A stretch of 64,000 bases of DNA, taken from contig CAVUKB010000005.1 of NCBI GenBank assembly GCA_963741955.1, forward strand, positions 480,001-544,000. The letters are read 5' to 3'. The position numbers and the translations under genes were made by a program. Position 1 is the first letter of the stretch, and the number at the start of each line of letters is the position of its first letter. This document shows positions 57,168 to 64,000 of the stretch, one piece after another. The notes beneath the pieces were generated by a model that searched no databases, was not told the origin of the DNA, and worked only from the letters and a program-made list of their open reading frames with translations. The DNA is from an uncultured Acidobacteriota bacterium (lineage in GTDB: Bacteria; Acidobacteriota; Thermoanaerobaculia; Gp7-AA8).

Positions 57168-59680
57168 GTGGGTTGGACGTCTCGTCCGATGCAGGGTGGC
57201 GTCCCGCGCCGCCCTGCTACCGGGCGAGTTACGATGATCCTCCCCAGAGCGGAGACACGAACGCACCACAGCGCGAGAGGAACGATTCGCGTGTCGTTGA
57301 CGCCATCGCTCCCCGGCACGATGCCGGGGAGCCTCGCGCGGGACGCGCGACCCACTTGTGGGTTGGACGTCTCGTCCGATGCCCAGTGGGTTGGACGTCT
57401 CGTCCGATGCCCAGTGGGTTGGACGTCTCGTCCGATGCAGGGCGGCGTCCCGCGCCGCCCTGCTCCCGGCCAAGTCACGATGATCCTCCCCAGAGCGGAG
57501 ACACGAACTCACCGCCGCGCGAGAGGAACGATCTGCGTTTCTTTGACGCCATCGCTCCCCGGCAAGATGCCGGGGAGCCTCGCGCGAGACGCGCGACCCA
57601 CTTGTGCGTTGGACGTCTCGTCCGATGCCCAGTGGGTTGGACGTCTCGTCCGATGCAGGTGGCGTCCCGCGCCGCCCTGCTCCCGGCCAAGTCACGATGA
57701 TCCTCCCCAGAGCGGAGACACGAACTCACCGCCGCGCGAGAGGAACGATCTGCGTTTCTTTGACGCCATCGCTCCCCGGCAAGATGCCGGGGAGCCTCGC
57801 GCGAGACGCGCGACCCACTTGTGCGTTGGACGTCTCGTCCGATGCCCAGTGGGTTGGACGTCTCGTCCGATGCAGGTGGCGTCCCGCGCCGCCCTGCTCC
57901 CGGGCGAGTTACGATGATCCTCCCCAGAGCGGAGGCACGAACTCCCCACAGCGCGAGAGGATCGATTCGCGTGTCGTTGACGCCATCGCTCCCCGGCAAG
58001 ATGCCGGGGCGCCTCGCGCGAGACGCGCGACCCACTTGTGGGTTGGACGTCCCGTCCGATGCCCAGTGGGTTGGACGTCTCGTCCGATGCAGGGCGGCGT
58101 CTCGCGCCGCCCTGCTCCCGGGCGAGTTACGATGATCCTCCCCAGGGCGGAGACACGAACTCCCCACAGCGCGAGAGGACCGATTCGCGTGTCGTTGACG
58201 CCATCGCTCCCCGGCACGATGCCGGGGAGCCTCGCGCGGGACGCGCGACCCACTTGTGGGTTGGACGTCTCGTCCGATGCAGAGAGGCGTCCCGCGCCGC
58301 CCTGCTCCCGGGCGAGTTACGATGATCCTCCCCAGGGCGGAGACACGAACTCCCCACAGCGCGAGAGGACCGATTCGCGTGTCGTTGACGCCATCGCTCC
58401 CCGGCACGATGCCGGGGAGCCTCGCGCGGGACGCGCGACCCACTTGTGGGTTGGACGTCTCGTCCGATGCAGGGCGGCGTCCCGCGCCGCCCTGCTCCCG
58501 GCCAAGTCACGATGATCCTCCCCAGAGCGGAGACACGAACTCCCCACAGCGCGAGAGGATCGATTCGCGTGTCGTTGACGCCATCGCTCCCCGGCAAGAT
58601 GCCGCGGAGCCTCGCGCGGGACGCGCGACCCACTTGTGGGTTGGACGTCTCGTCCGATGCAGGGCGGCGTCTCGCGCCGCCCTGCTCCCGGCCGAGTTAC
58701 GATGATCCTCCCCAGAGCGGAGACACGAACTCCCCACAGCGCGAGAGGATCGATTCTCGTGTCGTTGACGCCATCGCTCCCCGGCACGATGCCGGGGAGC
58801 CTCGCGCGGGACGCGCGACCCACTTGTGGGTTGAACGTCCCGTCCGATGCAGGGTGGCGTCCCGCGCCGCCCTGCTACCGGGCGAGTTACGATGATCCTC
58901 CCCAGAGCGGAGACACGAACTCCCCACAGCGTGAGAGGATCGATTCGCGTGTCGTTGACGCCATCGCTCCCCGGCACGATGCCGGGGAGCCTCGCGCGGG
59001 ACGCGCGACCCACTTGTGGGTTGGACGTCCCGTCCGATGCCCAGTGGGTTGGACGTCTCGTCCGATGCAGGGAGGCGTCCCGCGCCGCCCTGCTACCGGG
59101 CGAGTTACGATGATCCTCCCCAGAGCGGAGACACGACTCCCCCCACAGCGCGAGAGGAACGATTCGCGTGTCGTTGACGCCATCGCTCCCCGGCACGATG
59201 CCGGGGAGCCTCGCGCGAGACGCGCGACCCACTTGTGGGTTGGACGTCTCGTCCGATGCAGGGCGGCGTCTCGCGCCGCCCTGCTCCCGGGCGAGTTACG
59301 ATAATCCTCCCCAGGGCGGAGACACGGACTCCTCACAGCGCGAGAGGATCGATTCGCGTGTCGTTGACGCCATCGCTCCCCGGCACGATGCCGGGGAGCC
59401 TCGCGCGGGACGCGCGACCCACTTGTGGGTTGGACGTCCCGTCCGATGCCCAGTGGGTTGGACGTCTCGTCCGATGCAGGGTGGCGTCCCGCGCCGCCCT
59501 GCTACCGGGCGAGTTACGATGATCCTCCCCAGAGCGGAGACACGAACTCACCGCCGCGCGAGAGGAACGATCTGCGTTTCTTTGACGCCATCGCTCCCCG
59601 GCACGATGCCGGGGAGCCTCGCGCGAGACGCGCGACCCACTTACGCGCGACCCACTTACGCGCGACCCACTTGTGGGTTG
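57168..59680. repeat. REP/BIME-like tandem array B: 12 units of 190-246 bp
   Basis: Same terminal hairpins as array A, with a different core (CTCCCGGGCGAGTTACGATGATCCTCCCCAGAGCGGAGACACGAAC...); length steps of ~28 bp. Confidence 0.93.
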
Positions 59681-59695
59681 CGCGCCGAGCAGCGA

Positions 59696-62536
<2,841 letters not shown>

Positions 62537-62710
62537 GGCCCTTCCTGAACTGAAGATTGATCCGCGTGGAGATCGGGAGATCGGAGGGCGAACGAATCGC
62601 ACACTCCTGTGGAGTTGCGGGGATCATCTTATGCGCCACCCCGGAGGCGGTCAAGACGAGTCGCACGCACGTTACACTGACGAAACATCGATGAAGCGAG
62701 GAGGTACACG

Positions 62711-63610
62711 ATGAAGATCAGAACGACACCGATCGGGCCGCGCGGAGCGGCGCTCGCGGCTCTGGCCGCTCTCTTCATCGCGTCCGCTTGCGCGAGAAAC
62801 GAGTCGGTACCACCCGGGGAGGCGAACACGACCACGGTGGTCACCGAGTCGCCCACCCCGCGGATCACCGTCTCCGCTCCGACTGGCGCTTCGCCCGCGG
62901 CCGCGCCTGCCGCAGAGGGCCAGAGCAACGTCCGTCTCAACCGTCCCGCCGCCGGATCGGCCGTGACCGAAAATCCGATGACCGTCGAGGGTGAAGCTCG
63001 GACCTTCGAGAACGCCGTTACGATCCGGCTCCTCGATCAGCAGCAGCGTCTGATCTCCGAGACCCACGCGGTGGCAGAAGGCGAGATGGGCTCGTTCAAT
63101 CCTTTCTCGGCGCGGGTCTGGATTACGCGATGGCCCGGGACGTCGATGACCGTCGAAGCCCTCGAGATCTCTCCCAAAGACGGCAGCGTACGTTCCCGCG
63201 CCACGGCCGCGGTGCGCATCGCTCTGCCACAGGAGAAGGTGAAGCTCTATATGCCGAACAGCCGGATGGCGCCAACGGACTGTGACCAGGTGTTCCCTCT
63301 GGAGCGGGAGTTTCCGAAGACGGCGGCGATCGGACGCGTCGCGCTGGAGGCACTGATGAGCGGTCCGACCCCGGCGGAAAAGGCGGAGGGGTACTCGAAT
63401 CCGTTTCCTCCCGGAAGCGCAGTGGAGTCGCTGGAGATCGCGAACGGAGTGGCGATTGTCGACTTCAACGAGCGCCTGAAGAACGTCGGCGGATCGTGCC
63501 GGGCGCAGGCGATCCGGGCCGCGGTGGAAAACACTCTTCGGGCGATGCATACCGTCGACCGAGTCGAGATCCGCGCCGGCGGGAGCGAAGCGGAAGCGCT
63601 GCAGCCGTAG
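62711..63610 (+). CDS. Lipoprotein with Gmad2 Ig-like and GerMN domains
   Basis: Lipobox IASAC; V.GEARTFE...G.F.PF; ALEALMSGPT..E..GY; VDF; GGSC....I..TL. Confidence 0.85.
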   Translation: MKIRTTPIGPRGAALAALAALFIASACARNESVPPGEANTTTVVTESPTPRITVSAPTGASPAAAPAAEGQSNVRLNRPAAGSAVTENPMTVEGEARTFENAVTIRLLDQQQRLISETHAVAEGEMGSFNPFSARVWITRWPGTSMTVEALEISPKDGSVRSRATAAVRIALPQEKVKLYMPNSRMAPTDCDQVFPLEREFPKTAAIGRVALEALMSGPTPAEKAEGYSNPFPPGSAVESLEIANGVAIVDFNERLKNVGGSCRAQAIRAAVENTLRAMHTVDRVEIRAGGSEAEALQP

Positions 63611-63839
63611 CTCGGATGCATCAATCGAGGTAACCCGCGATTCGGTGATCTGATTCGGATCGCCCTTCCGCTGCCGCCCTCTCCCGTACGACGGAAAGCC
63701 TGACCTGTGTGGCTCCGGCTCCGACGAGTCCAGGTGCCGATGATACCGGAGCGTCACGCCCACTTCTTTGGCATCCTTTTCAGCTTTCTTAAGAGCTTCC
63801 TTAGAACTCGAAGGGTCCAATTGCAGTTAAATGATTCCG

Positions 63840-64000
63840 ATGAGAATACCGAGCAAAGGCGTTGCTTCGTGGCTCGTGGCGCTGCTTCTCATCGCCGTGG
63901 TCACAACAGCGGGAAGGCTCCTGGACGCGAATCCAGGAGCGGTCGGATTCGCGTATCTGATCGCTGTGCTGCTAATCTCGCTACGCAGCGGGCTGCTCGT
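63840..64000 (+). CDS. 5' part of a KdpD-like (DUF4118) membrane sensor, truncated by the window edge
   Basis: MRIPSKGVASWLVALLLIAVVTTAGRLLDANPGAVGFAYLIAVLLISLRSGLL; N...VG..YL.AVL pattern. Confidence 0.55.
   Translation, partial: MRIPSKGVASWLVALLLIAVVTTAGRLLDANPGAVGFAYLIAVLLISLRSGLL

Noticed and set aside
62672-63820. 382-aa minus-strand ORF
   Set aside because: Mostly antisense to the GerMN lipoprotein; the unique part has no recognisable motif.

Overview
GC-rich bacterial window. IPTL-CTERM and Calx-beta surface proteins and the general gene style suggest Acidobacteriota, possibly Thermoanaerobaculia (inference). About 1-28 kb is accessory DNA: a large Calx-beta adhesin; an integron-type attC cassette array with no canonical intI (6.0-11.1 kb) that holds a two-gene element (IntI-like tyrosine recombinase plus IS91-family HUH transposase) whose ends are themselves attC core boxes; an ECF41/CMD divergon and a decayed copy of it; hicAB; a large plant-type LRR protein; and a coupled three-gene operon (8-Cys secreted peptide, carboxypeptidase-regulatory-like repeat protein, stand-alone PDZ protein). 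About 28-64 kb is mostly housekeeping: P1B ATPase, POT transporter, pdxH, transglutaminase-TPR protein, Ser/Thr kinase, MalK-type ATPase, GH13, pfkA, DedA, YihY, LD-transpeptidase, amidase, S1 protein, S9 peptidase, acnA, GerMN. It also holds two 2.4-2.5 kb REP/BIME-like tandem arrays and a membrane-anchored rhodanese with an in-frame UGA plus a SECIS-like hairpin (probable selenoprotein). No rRNA, tRNA or CRISPR array was seen. All family calls come from reading motifs by eye, not from database searches.
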